The notes beneath the pieces were generated by a model. That model made no database searches. It saw only the letters and a program-made list of their open reading frames with translations, and was not told where the DNA came from. The translations under genes were made by a program, and so were the position numbers. 64,000 nt of DNA, taken from the IMG/VR virus record IMGVR_UViG_2588253758_000006; one strand, 5' to 3'. Shown here piece by piece: positions 1-9,698 of the stretch. Numbering within the stretch: the stretch's first letter is position 1; every line of letters starts with the position of its first letter. The DNA comes from a virus (taxonomy: Duplodnaviria; Caudoviricetes).

Positions 1-46
1 TTACTGCCCCTGCGAGTGATCCGCTGACGCTGATTTTTGCAACCAT
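1..46 (-). CDS. mobB: Relaxase MobB, N-terminus only (runs off the window)
   Basis: ATG at 46 on the minus strand gives MVAKISVSGSLAGAV, the typical start of Bacteroides MobB relaxases; it overlaps the end of mobA. Confidence 0.7.
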   Translation of the reverse strand, partial: MVAKISVSGSLAGAV

Positions 47-453
47 AGTTCTTTGAATTTTTGTGATAATTCGGAAATTTGTCGGCTAATGAGAACTAAC
101 TCTACGGTCTGTTGCTCCAACTTATAGAGCATCGCCAGAGCTTTTCGCTCCTCAAATTTGCTCTTTAGAGTGACGACAGTTTGGTTGTAGTTGACCCCGA
201 TGGCTCGGTACTGACCATATAAAGAGGATAGTAGTTGCGTATATTCAAGCAACGATCCATCAACTTTTACCACCCGAAAGGTCTCGTTAAATATCCGTGC
301 CTTGATGAACGATGCCATGCTATGCACTCCCGATTTCTCAAATAGCGTGAGAAAATCTGCATACTCAACATCACTCAAATTAACACTGATACGATTCTTG
401 GCAGGGTCTATTTTTGGTGGTCTGCCACCCATTTTATTCTTTATTCTATTCAT
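1..453 (-). CDS. mobA: Mobilisation accessory protein MobA (MobC-like ribbon-helix-helix)
   Basis: GGRPPK N-terminus and AIGVNYNQ motif; likely start at MNRIKNK (453) rather than 573. Confidence 0.85.
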   Translation of the reverse strand: MNRIKNKMGGRPPKIDPAKNRISVNLSDVEYADFLTLFEKSGVHSMASFIKARIFNETFRVVKVDGSLLEYTQLLSSLYGQYRAIGVNYNQTVVTLKSKFEERKALAMLYKLEQQTVELVLISRQISELSQKFKELWLQKSASADHSQGQ

Positions 454-489
454 TTTACATACGACTTTGGAGTGTGTAACTAATTCGGT

Positions 490-601
490 GTCGAGCGTTC
501 TCGACCGAGGCTTTTGCGTTGCGCAAAAGGTTTTCCGCAGCGGAAAACACACCTCGCCTATATCTCTAATCAAGATATAGAGTTCGCCCCGAAAGGCGAA
601 C
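490..601. other. Putative oriT (five adjacent inverted repeats upstream of mobA)
   Basis: IRs at 490-505, 511-529, 530-548, 558-580 and 582-601, lying between the DUF3408 gene and mobA. Confidence 0.65.
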
Positions 602-627
602 CTATGAATCTTCGATGCTTTAATTTA

Positions 628-1014
628 CTACATTCGTTTCCACCCATCAAGTTCACTGGCGTAGTCGCTAAGGTGCGCACGAACAAGGTTTTCTACAAAA
701 CCCGATACGCTCAGTTTTCTATCTCCCAACCGTCTGACGACTACATCAACTTCATCTCGTAGCGTTCGACTGATAAAAATAGTCTGCCTATCAACTATCT
801 TTGGAGTAGTGAGATAGGTTTGTTGATACTCCTCTATAGATGCCTTGCGCTGCTTGGGTGAACTACGTTTAGTCGGTTCGATTGGTGGAATAGGTAAAGT
901 TGGTGAACTCTGCTCGGTTCGCTCGGTTCGCTCATTTGCGAAAGGATGATTTTTCTCTTTTGGCAAGCCTGCAATCTGCCCCTGTGTGATGAATTCCTCT
1001 AAATTGTCTGACAT
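628..1014 (-). CDS. DUF3408 family protein
   Basis: EEYQQTYL...IFISRTLRDE...LSVSGFVENLVRAHL pattern; position next to mob genes. Confidence 0.85.
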   Translation of the reverse strand: MSDNLEEFITQGQIAGLPKEKNHPFANERTERTEQSSPTLPIPPIEPTKRSSPKQRKASIEEYQQTYLTTPKIVDRQTIFISRTLRDEVDVVVRRLGDRKLSVSGFVENLVRAHLSDYASELDGWKRM

Positions 1015-1502
1015 AATTTTCAGTTGTTAAATTAATACTGTTTTGCTGTGCCGAGTTCACTCGCTCGGCACGATTCTCAGAGCAAAGTAATAGCGTTAAT
1101 TTTCAATATACAAGCAACTTAGACGAATCGGATAACTCTTCACTATATGGCAGCAAAATGCACTTGACTACCTCCGACGAGTCGGTTTAGTTTGCGTTAT
1201 ATTGCGGAATGACCAAGTCAGCAGATTAAATTCGTGGAGTTGGTGGAGCGACCAATGAAAATACAGATAGTAGAGTTGGTTAAGATAGCAAAGTGGTGCA
1301 ATTTAGTGAATAAGAACCCATTGGTGTGCCGGATTTGGTATTATCAAAAAAGATTCATTACTTTTGCCGCTGAAGCCCCGGAGCTCGCCCTTGGATAAGG
1401 CGAAACAAAAAGTAAAGGGCATCATTTTACTGTGGATTTTTAGTGGTAAGCGGAAGTGCAGAGCGCATTATCTTCTGTACAAAACTTACTAACTAAAAAA
1501 TT

Positions 1503-1775
1503 ATGACAATTTTAAATATTGAAGAGAGTGCCTTTGAATTGATGATGGCACGCTTTGAGGCTCTAGCCCAAAAGGTGGAGCAGCTATGCAGCAATGCTGG
1601 CGACAAAAGAGTAAAGGAGTGGCTGGATGCTACCGACGTATGTTTTCTGCTTAATATCAGAAAACGGCAGTTGCAGAATTACCGTGATAGCGGTAAGATA
1701 GGCTTCTCTAAAATCGGCAACGTGATAATGTATCGTCCCGATGATGTTATGAAACTACTAAAAAAAGCGGAGTAA
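1503..1775 (+). CDS. HTH_17 excisionase-like DNA-binding protein
   Basis: WLDATDVCFLLNIRKRQLQNYRDSGKIGFSKIG motif; TACTTTTG -7 box upstream near 1359. Confidence 0.85.
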   Translation: MTILNIEESAFELMMARFEALAQKVEQLCSNAGDKRVKEWLDATDVCFLLNIRKRQLQNYRDSGKIGFSKIGNVIMYRPDDVMKLLKKAE

Positions 1776-1777
1776 CT

Positions 1778-2077
1778 ATGTCGGAGATTATCACACACCA
1801 GAGTGAGAGAGTAACAAGGTTTCTCTCCACTATCGACCGTATGATGGAGGCGTTGGATGGGCTATCTAAGAGCCACGCCCCACGATTCGGTGGCGAACAT
1901 TACGTTACGGATGCTGAACTGACGGAAAGGCTTAAAATCAGCGACCGAACCACCCAAGAGTGGCGAAGTAGTGGCAAGATTGATTACATCCAATTTGAGA
2001 AAAAGGGCAAAATCCTCTATCGAGAGTCGGATATTCAAAAATTCCTCGAAAAGCACTACCTAAAGTCGTGGAAGTAA
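1778..2077 (+). CDS. HTH_17 excisionase-like DNA-binding protein
   Basis: YVTDAELTERLKISDRTTQEWRSSG...ILYRESDI motif; second gene of a xis pair. Confidence 0.85.
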   Translation: MSEIITHQSERVTRFLSTIDRMMEALDGLSKSHAPRFGGEHYVTDAELTERLKISDRTTQEWRSSGKIDYIQFEKKGKILYRESDIQKFLEKHYLKSWK

Positions 2078-2127
2078 GTTTTATCCAGATTAGAGGGAGT
2101 CTGAAGCTGCAACATTAACAAATAAAA

Positions 2128-2173
2128 GCGATGAACCGAGATTGAAAAATCTACCGTTCATCGCCTTTGTTTT
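2128..2173 (+). terminator. Intrinsic terminator after the xis pair
   Basis: GCGATGAAC...GTTCATCGC stem followed by a T-rich tract. Confidence 0.55.
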
Positions 2174-2410
2174 AAGTTTTTATCCGTCATATCGGTCGCC
2201 CTTGCTGCTATGACTTTTAATTGTATTTAGCTAAGAATTAGACAAGCCTTACGACTGTAAGGAGTAACCCTTTAGGGCTTGGGCTTGGCTATTTCGTGCG
2301 AAATACTCCCTTTACATAAAATTGGATGCGCCTCAGCATAACTCAAATAAATTTGGTTCTGCATTCGGCTTTCACAATTTTTGTCATAGCAGTAAGGGTG
2401 ATTGATATGA

Positions 2411-2773
2411 TTAATTACAAAAATTATCTTTCGCTTCACTGACTCTGATATATATAGGTTGCAAATTGCTCCGCATCATCTTACACATTATCCACTGCCG
2501 AAACAATTCCGCTTTGTGTGATTGAATCCGAAACGCTACTGCCACAACCATATCCAACCCGTGATAATCCGGTACAACGTTGCAACCAACCAACGTTGCG
2601 CCACCCGTCATGTTAGCCGTTGCAACACCTGTTTTGAGAATTGCACGTATATTGGAACGTATGGTCGGCACCATTACCCCGAACAATTCGGCAATCTCAA
2701 AATCTCGCATCTGCACATTTGCAGGCACGATTACCGTGCCGTTATCACTGATTTTTACCATATCTCTTTTCAT
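2411..2773 (-). CDS. RhuM-like small DNA-binding protein of tandem-integrase elements
   Basis: EIAELFGV...IRAILKTG...LDMVVAVAFRIQS..A..FRQW pattern; start MKRDMVKI at 2773 overlaps the integrase end. Confidence 0.7.
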   Translation of the reverse strand: MKRDMVKISDNGTVIVPANVQMRDFEIAELFGVMVPTIRSNIRAILKTGVATANMTGGATLVGCNVVPDYHGLDMVVAVAFRIQSHKAELFRQWIMCKMMRSNLQPIYIRVSEAKDNFCN

Positions 2774-4061
2774 ACCTATCTCTAAATTCAAAATAATTAT
2801 ACTCCTCCACGATTGGCATATCCCTGTCTTCAAAGAGCTTGAATTTACTTTTGCTGCTCTTGACTATCCGCTTCATATCATCACCCACCTTTTTATTACT
2901 CATACGTGCGTAGATCTCGGTAGTTTTCAAATCTTTATGTCCCATCATCTTGGCTACCGTCTCAATAGGCACATCGTTCAGCAGAGTAATCAGCGTTCCG
3001 AAATTATGGCGACTTTGGTGGTATGAGATGGGCTCTTTTAGTCCGCAAAGTTTTTGCATCTTACCCAGATTCTCGTACATCGTAGACCACGTAGTCATAT
3101 TAAAGAGCCTCTCGCTTTTACGCTCACTCCGATATTTATCAATGATTTTCAGCGGAATATCAAGCAGAGGGACATAACATTCCGTGCCCGTCTTTTGTCG
3201 CTTGAAGGTGAGGTGCTTATCCCCTTTATTGTTAATGCCTATGTTTTTATCCGTCAGTTTTACAACATCCGAAAATGAAGTGCCTGTAAATGTGGAAAAT
3301 ATAAACATATCACGACTAAAACAGAGGGCTTTCGATTTAACCTCTGTTGTCATCAGCTTGTGCAAATCCTCTTCTATTTGGTGGCGACACTCCGGTGGTA
3401 CTACATCAAACTTATACCCCACAAATGGATCTTTGCGTAGCGTTCCTTGATTTATTGCACATTTGATAACTCGCTTGAGTGAAATGGCAACCCCGTTGGC
3501 TGTATTTACAGACAATCCCTTTTCTCCCCTTAGAAAGAGCATCATATCTTCTAAGAACCTAAGGTTCAATTTGATTAGCTCTATATCTTCTGCACCATAT
3601 TGAGATTTTATAAAATCGGCAATGTAGTTGATCGCATAGTGGTACATCAGAAAGCTTTTCTCTTCTCTATTAACCCCAACCATCTGTTTGTACTGCTCGT
3701 TATGCTCCCGAAAGAGTTCAAGCAACATATCGGTTTTCTGTCCGATGTTGCAAACTCTGTTTTTCAGAAGCTCTGCCGTTACATACCCCTGCTGCTTAAT
3801 AAAATCCTTATGATAGCCGGTAATCGCATCTGTTAGCTCCTGTAATTGGTTGTTGATTTCAATGGACTCACGCTCTCGCCCTTTCAGACGATACCTTTTA
3901 GCATCCCAAAGAGTTGGATCTACTTCAATCTGTGTTGAGAATTGAACCATCTCACCGCTAACCGATATGCGCCCCATAACGGTGGTCGTACCGTTTTTCT
4001 TGATTCGCCCTTTGTTGATGTAAAACATCACAGCAAAGGTGTTATACTTTACCTTATCCAT
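2745..4061 (-). CDS. Tyrosine recombinase/integrase (second of tandem pair)
   Basis: Arm-binding N-terminus; SYHQSRHNFGT, MMGHKDLKTTEIYA catalytic motifs. Confidence 0.95.
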   Translation of the reverse strand: MDKVKYNTFAVMFYINKGRIKKNGTTTVMGRISVSGEMVQFSTQIEVDPTLWDAKRYRLKGRERESIEINNQLQELTDAITGYHKDFIKQQGYVTAELLKNRVCNIGQKTDMLLELFREHNEQYKQMVGVNREEKSFLMYHYAINYIADFIKSQYGAEDIELIKLNLRFLEDMMLFLRGEKGLSVNTANGVAISLKRVIKCAINQGTLRKDPFVGYKFDVVPPECRHQIEEDLHKLMTTEVKSKALCFSRDMFIFSTFTGTSFSDVVKLTDKNIGINNKGDKHLTFKRQKTGTECYVPLLDIPLKIIDKYRSERKSERLFNMTTWSTMYENLGKMQKLCGLKEPISYHQSRHNFGTLITLLNDVPIETVAKMMGHKDLKTTEIYARMSNKKVGDDMKRIVKSSKSKFKLFEDRDMPIVEEYNYFEFRDRYEKRYGKNQ

Positions 4062-4062
4062 C

Positions 4063-5289
4063 TTATAAGTTTGCTAAATGATATTTTCCTTTGATGCTTT
4101 TGGCAAGTTGCTTCATATCGCTATCCACTTTCTCATAAGATATTTGAGCGTAGATACGAGTGGATTTTATCGTGCTGTGCCCCAGCATCCGACTGACTGT
4201 CTCCATCGGGATACCTTGGGAGAGCGTAATGACACTGGCGTAGCAGTGCCGGGCTGCGTGAAAGCACAAGCACTTATCTATACCGCACATTTGTGCTATC
4301 TTCTTTAGGTGTAGGTTGGTCTTTACATTACTCAACATTCTGAATACGTGTTCGCCATCGGTTGAGCCCCTATACTTGTCAATCAATTTTATAGGCAGGT
4401 CTAATAGAGGGACGTGAAATTCTACGCCTGTTTTAATACGTTTAGAGTGAATCCACACTGTCCCATCATCATTTGTTGCGAGGTCGCTATATTTCAGGTT
4501 GCGAAGATCACTAAATGAGATGCCTGTAAAGGCTGAAAACAGAAATAGGTCTCTCACCAAATACCTGCTTGGAATATCGAGAGGGGTAGTCATAATCTGC
4601 TCAAGCTCCTGACGTGTCAAGGTCTTAGGCTTTGACTCTTCGCCTTCGCTGCGGAATGATATAAATGGGTCAAAAACAATTACATCATCGGTAATTGCAG
4701 ATTTAACCATCAGCTTGATTTTGCCGATTATACCGACAACGCTATTCGCTTTGAATTTTCGTTCTATGCGCAGATAGTGGTCAAATTTCTCGATAAAGGA
4801 GTAATCCAAGGCACCAAATGAGATCTCTTTGAGGTTGTATTTTGCTTTTATGAACTCCCTTAGATATTTGAAAGCTATACGATATTGCTCGCAACTCTTT
4901 GCTTTCAGGTTGATGCCAACACGCTGAAGCATCATTTTGTGGAATTTATCACAATAGCCGAGCAGGGACTCTTGTCCCGATGCCATACCTTGAAAGGCTA
5001 CTACAACTTCTTTCGGGGTGGCTGTACCTTTTCGCTCGATTAGCTCCTCGTAACTTGTGTGAATAGATACAGCGATCTTGTCTAAGGCGCGGTTTAGGTC
5101 GGTAGCAACCTTGCTTTTGCCTAATGCTCTGGCTGCTTTAATATCCCATAGGGATATAGCAACACTTAATTTGGCACTAAATTGTGCCATCTGCTTGCCG
5201 ATGGTGATGCGCCCCATAATTGGAACGGTTCCATCCTTTCTTATCTCTTTGTGCCGGAGATAAAAGCTAACTTTTAGTTCGTTACCCAT
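4063..5289 (-). CDS. Tyrosine recombinase/integrase (first of tandem pair)
   Basis: CFHAARHCYAS, MLGHSTIKSTRIYA motifs; arm-binding N-terminus. Confidence 0.95.
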   Translation of the reverse strand: MGNELKVSFYLRHKEIRKDGTVPIMGRITIGKQMAQFSAKLSVAISLWDIKAARALGKSKVATDLNRALDKIAVSIHTSYEELIERKGTATPKEVVVAFQGMASGQESLLGYCDKFHKMMLQRVGINLKAKSCEQYRIAFKYLREFIKAKYNLKEISFGALDYSFIEKFDHYLRIERKFKANSVVGIIGKIKLMVKSAITDDVIVFDPFISFRSEGEESKPKTLTRQELEQIMTTPLDIPSRYLVRDLFLFSAFTGISFSDLRNLKYSDLATNDDGTVWIHSKRIKTGVEFHVPLLDLPIKLIDKYRGSTDGEHVFRMLSNVKTNLHLKKIAQMCGIDKCLCFHAARHCYASVITLSQGIPMETVSRMLGHSTIKSTRIYAQISYEKVDSDMKQLAKSIKGKYHLANL

Positions 5290-5576
5290 AATAATAAATT
5301 TTACTGTGATTTTTACGTCACAAAATTACTTTATCACGAGCAACAGAACGCCATCAAGATATACGCAAAATAGCGAATAGTAATCTTAATATCAAATAGT
5401 TAGTCTCTACAAATTGCGTCATACTACATTCAGATAAACTGCTAACGCAATCGTAACGTAACTACTTCGTAAAACCACTAAAAACTGCATTTACACCACT
5501 TAGCAATCTATTGCAGTTTTACCACATACAGCACACAATATCAGTAGTTTACTTCATTTATCACTCTATTGCATTT

Positions 5577-6566
5577 TTAGGTTGTTATCTGGTTGCTCAT
5601 TACAGGCAGTACCAACTGACAGGGGAGTTTGCCCGAATACTTTTCGATAATCATTCGTGGCACATCAAGCAACAGAACATTGACCGGGTTGTCAGTCTTT
5701 TGGCGTTTGGTCATAATCCACACCTTGCCATCAAAGGAAGTCCTTACATTACTGTGAGTTAAGTTGCGAACATCGACATACGAAAGCCCCGTGAAGCAAC
5801 AAAACACAAACACGTCACGCACTTGGTCTAACCTCTTTATGTTAATCTCTTTAGACATCATTGTCTCTAACTCCTCATTGGTGAGATAACCTCGGTCAAC
5901 TCTGTTGAGTTTGATGTGGTAGTTGGCAAAGGGGTTAGACGAAATCATTCCGTTGTTGAAGGCAAGGGTAACTATCTTCTTGAGAAACATTATCATCTTG
6001 GCTGCTACATTGTTGCTCAGACTGCAATTTGTTCGCAAGAAAAGTTCATAATCACGGATGAAATTGAGATTTAGCTCTTTTAGAGATATATCCGAGAGGT
6101 TGTATTGGTAGCGTAAGAACTCCTCGACACGACGCATTGCGAGGTCGTACTTCTTATATGTGGAGCGAGTAGTGCTAATGCCGATGAGTCTCTCCGAGTC
6201 GGAGTTGTGTTTGGCGAATAGTTGCAGGAGCGTTGCCTGAGAGTCGTCGTGACCCAAAAATAGATTTTTGAGTTTCTCGGCAGTTACTGTGTTTCCCTTT
6301 TCGTGTTGCTCGTGATAGATGTTGGCAAGTGCTGTGCGAATAGAGTCGAGCGTGTTGTTGATTCTCAATGCTTCGCCACCTCTTCCAGCCACTCTGCCTA
6401 AGGCGACACTCCATGCTTCGGGGTTAATCTCTAACTTCGTGCTGAACTGCACGGTTGCTGCATCAATCGAGATGCGAGCTACAATCGGCATATTGCCGCT
6501 TTTTCTGAGGGCGTTCCGTTTTAGGAAAAATGCCACTTTGAAGGTACTTCGTTTCATACTTCTCAT
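5577..6566 (-). pseudogene. Integrase truncated before the HxxRH and catalytic Tyr motifs
   Basis: Normal through VRDVFVFCCFTGLSY and KRQKT, then stops at VLPVMSNQITT*; compare LLPVMANQNMNAYLK...HVARH in the 26518 integrase. Confidence 0.9.
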
Positions 6567-6909
6567 TTTGTTTTTGCAAAGGTACTTTGCGTTAATAAAA
6601 TTGAGTTGTATGTATCCCCGCCAAAATGCGACAAACTAATTTGTCGTGAATTGTCGTTTGTGACCGCCAAAAAATAGTTTTGTATCTTTTTGATTAACAG
6701 TTTATTACGACTGTTTTCGTGACCTCTTTTTTTGAGAATCCGTGACCTATTGTTTTCCGGAGTAGGTGGTCACGTTTTAGCTTAGATGTTTTGTCGCTTT
6801 TTGGCGTTTTGTTGTCGTTTATGCCCGCCAAAGGACAAAAGAAAAAGCCCACAATATGTTGATATTGTAGGCTTTGTCGCTTTTTGTCGCTGTTTTGGCG
6901 ACTTCTTCT

Positions 6910-6922
6910 GCGGTATGGACGG
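6910..6922 (-). other. att core, tRNA-Asp 3'-end fragment (CCGTCCATACCGC)
   Basis: 13 bp identical to part of 30419-30439; followed on the minus strand by an IR at ~6842-6875 and then an integrase. Confidence 0.75.
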
Positions 6923-7105
6923 CAGCCGAATAAAATCGACTATTTCCTGATTATCAATAAATTATGAGCTTTTTAGACGGGCGATCACCCGAATTGTCAC
7001 ACCTCACATTTTCTCTGTTTTTCAACGTTTTACATAACAGTATTCGCTATCGAACTTCTGTATGTTTTGCAAATGTACAAATTAATTTTTAATTATCAAA
7101 TAGCA

Positions 7106-7756
7106 TTATTTCTTCACCCTCGAATAATCCTCTTGGGTAACGTGGTTGAAACGCTCGTCCGAGGAGGAGGTTGTCCTACATTGCCAGTAGCGATATTTAC
7201 GGTCGTCTTCAGGGTTGTATGGATACACATCGTTCTCCTCCAAATAGAGAATACCTATATCATAAGCGAATGGAGTGGCTATCTCGGGGAAATGTTCGGT
7301 AGGCTGTCGGTATAACCTTTTATACTCTGTGCCATACACCCAGATATTGGTCAGGCGGACATCGGGGTCGATATCAAATTGCTTTGCCCACTCCACAAAG
7401 TCATAAATATCTGTATCGATTAGTCGGTGGTTGAAATGGTCGCCCGCCTCAGCTTCGAGACGTTGGTATGAGTCCCAAATCTGTTGTCGCGTAAGAATCT
7501 CTTTGTAGCGTTTTACGGTAACATAATCTGTTGTGTACCACAGCAGCTCATACCCATTGCCGGTGGAGTCCTCGATATATGCTCTGTCAAACTGATACCG
7601 CTTTACCATATAACTATTATCGATGTCTATTTCGTCGAGCCCCATACAGGAGCGACAAAGACCTATGGCGGCTATCAGCAGTATAAAAGAGGTGGTGCCG
7701 CCCACAAGCAACACCACCGCACAGCCATGGTTTAGAAATTGTAGGAATCTATTCAT
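7106..7756 (-). CDS. Hypothetical membrane-anchored protein
   Basis: 216-aa ORF with a hydrophobic N-terminal segment. Confidence 0.7.
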   Translation of the reverse strand: MNRFLQFLNHGCAVVLLVGGTTSFILLIAAIGLCRSCMGLDEIDIDNSYMVKRYQFDRAYIEDSTGNGYELLWYTTDYVTVKRYKEILTRQQIWDSYQRLEAEAGDHFNHRLIDTDIYDFVEWAKQFDIDPDVRLTNIWVYGTEYKRLYRQPTEHFPEIATPFAYDIGILYLEENDVYPYNPEDDRKYRYWQCRTTSSSDERFNHVTQEDYSRVKK

Positions 7757-7788
7757 TTGTTATTCAATTTTGAGATGAAACATTAGTA

Positions 7789-7854
7789 TTGCTCTCTCGA
7801 TGAGCAATTATTTTTATATTTTGCTCTCTTAGTGAGCAAAAATGATTATATTTG
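7789..7854 (+). promoter_or_regulatory. Bacteroidetes promoter with two palindromic operators
   Basis: TTGCTC-N7-GAGCAA at 7789-7807 and 7821-7839; TATATTTG -7 box at 7847-7854. Confidence 0.65.
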
Positions 7855-7875
7855 CAGAAGTTAAAGCATAAGGCA

Positions 7876-9045
7876 ATGGACAAACTTCAAGAACATTTCG
7901 ACAAATTACTACGTGAAACCACCACTGGATTTCACCGCTATATGTACGACCGCATCAATTGGCAGGGGCGTATGATAGGGCTTACCGGTCCTCGTGGGGT
8001 TGGTAAAACGACGCTTGTGCTCCAGTACATCAAGCAAATTTTGCCTCGTCAAGACTCTTTATATGTCACAGCGGAGGATTTCTACTTTGCCGAACATCGA
8101 CTGACTGATTTGGCTGATACATTCGTTAAAATGGGCGGAAAATATCTGTTCATTGACGAGATTCACAAATACAAGGATTGGTCAAAAGAGCTAAAACTTA
8201 TTTACGACTATCATCCTGAACTGAAGGTCGTTTTTACCGGTTCGTCGGTTTTGGACATCAACAAAGGGGCTTCAGACCTTAGTCGCAGGGCCGTAATGTA
8301 CCATATGCAGGGGCTCTCTTTTCGGGAATATCTGAAACTGTTCAAAGGTATTGAGCTTGCCCGTTACGACCTCTCGGATATATTGGAGCATAAGGTTATT
8401 TTACCCGATGGTTTCCGTCCATTGGCCTATTTCAACGACTACTTGGAACAGGGGTATTATCCGTTTGCCTTAGATTCAGACTTCGATTTGAAGTTGCAGC
8501 AGATAATTACGCAATCACTCGAAACTGATATTCCACAGTATGCCGATATGAATGTGTCGACAGGGCGTAAACTCAAGCAGTTGCTATCCATCATTGCTCG
8601 CAGTGTACCTTTCAAACCCAACATCAGCACTATTGCCACTTCGCTTGGTGCAAGTCGCAACAGTATTGCCGACTATTGCTTATATATTGAAGAGGCCGGA
8701 CTTATCGCCCAACTTCGAGATGAAACGGGTGGTATTCGTGGCTTGGGCAAGGTTGATAAAATCTACTTAGATAATACCAATTTGATATATAGCCTTGGAC
8801 GCGAATTTGTTGACGTTGGTAATGTGCGTGAAACGTTTTTCCTCAATCAGCTCCGTGTAAGACACGATGTTATTACCTCTTCGGTTGCCGATTTCCAGAT
8901 TGATGATATGACCTTTGAGGTGGGCGGCAAGAACAAAAAGCAGAAGCAACTGCAAGGTGTGTCAAATGGATATCTTGCAAAGGACGATATCGAAACCGGC
9001 TATTCCAACGTTATTCCGCTGTGGCAATTGGGTCTTGAATATTAA
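7876..9045 (+). CDS. AAA_14 ATPase with DUF4143-type C-terminus
   Basis: GPRGVGKT Walker A, LFIDEIH Walker B, TGSS, KIYLDNTNL and FEVGGKNK; start MDKLQEH at 7876. Confidence 0.9.
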   Translation: MDKLQEHFDKLLRETTTGFHRYMYDRINWQGRMIGLTGPRGVGKTTLVLQYIKQILPRQDSLYVTAEDFYFAEHRLTDLADTFVKMGGKYLFIDEIHKYKDWSKELKLIYDYHPELKVVFTGSSVLDINKGASDLSRRAVMYHMQGLSFREYLKLFKGIELARYDLSDILEHKVILPDGFRPLAYFNDYLEQGYYPFALDSDFDLKLQQIITQSLETDIPQYADMNVSTGRKLKQLLSIIARSVPFKPNISTIATSLGASRNSIADYCLYIEEAGLIAQLRDETGGIRGLGKVDKIYLDNTNLIYSLGREFVDVGNVRETFFLNQLRVRHDVITSSVADFQIDDMTFEVGGKNKKQKQLQGVSNGYLAKDDIETGYSNVIPLWQLGLEY

Positions 9046-9048
9046 CCG

Positions 9049-9291
9049 TTATTTTGAATTATTTAGTCGGTTGTAAATCTCTTTTACGTGTGCTCGGGCA
9101 GTTGTTGGAGCGATTAGCCCCTCCATATACTTAGAGAGCTCCTCATCGCTCATTGTGTTGAACTTGTTGAGCAGTTCGGTGATGGCGGCATTGAAGTAGA
9201 CCGGAGCAATCCAGCTGTCGTCCAACACTCGCTTGATGCGTTTGTCTATCGGAATGGGTTTTGGTTCGGTGGTTTTCTTTTCTCGTGGCAT
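9049..9291 (-). CDS. Hypothetical protein
   Basis: Last gene of a tightly packed minus-strand run. Confidence 0.65.
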   Translation of the reverse strand: MPREKKTTEPKPIPIDKRIKRVLDDSWIAPVYFNAAITELLNKFNTMSDEELSKYMEGLIAPTTARAHVKEIYNRLNNSK

Positions 9292-9292
9292 A

Positions 9293-9697
9293 TCAGCTTG
9301 CTATTTTGTTGGGTTGATTGTAGAGCCAGATAGTATATAGGTAGCCTTTGCCGCCACGATAAGCAACAGCATTTGTAGCTTTGTTGAATGTCTCCCAGTT
9401 GCATTCACCAACTGTATATCTCTCTTGGTAGTCGTCTTGGTGAAACTCGGTGAGCATCTTTTTCTGCTCGTCGTTCACCTCATTGCTGGTCAGGATAAAC
9501 TTGGTATCGCCCAAATCAATATCCATAAAGTAGACCTCTCGGTCGTCGCATTTGAGCTTATCAGGGTCACCCTCCATCAGAGATAGTGGTTCAAACATGG
9601 CATCGTCCGGGTCGATGTCGAAACTCTTTACCCAGTTGTGTAGCTCGGGATAGTATGCAATCCCCTCGCTTATTTCGGTTACTATGATTGTCTTCAT
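9293..9697 (-). CDS. Hypothetical protein
   Basis: Start MKTIIVTE at 9697 abuts the upstream stop. Confidence 0.7.
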   Translation of the reverse strand: MKTIIVTEISEGIAYYPELHNWVKSFDIDPDDAMFEPLSLMEGDPDKLKCDDREVYFMDIDLGDTKFILTSNEVNDEQKKMLTEFHQDDYQERYTVGECNWETFNKATNAVAYRGGKGYLYTIWLYNQPNKIAS

Positions 9698-9698
9698 A

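Larger units (their letters stand above)
1..5588 (-). mobile_element. Tandem-integrase mobilisable element, right part (continues beyond the window start)
   Basis: Order int-int-rhuM-like, xis pair, DUF3408, oriT, mobA, mobB; right end coincides with the truncation point of the upstream integrase. Confidence 0.7.
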
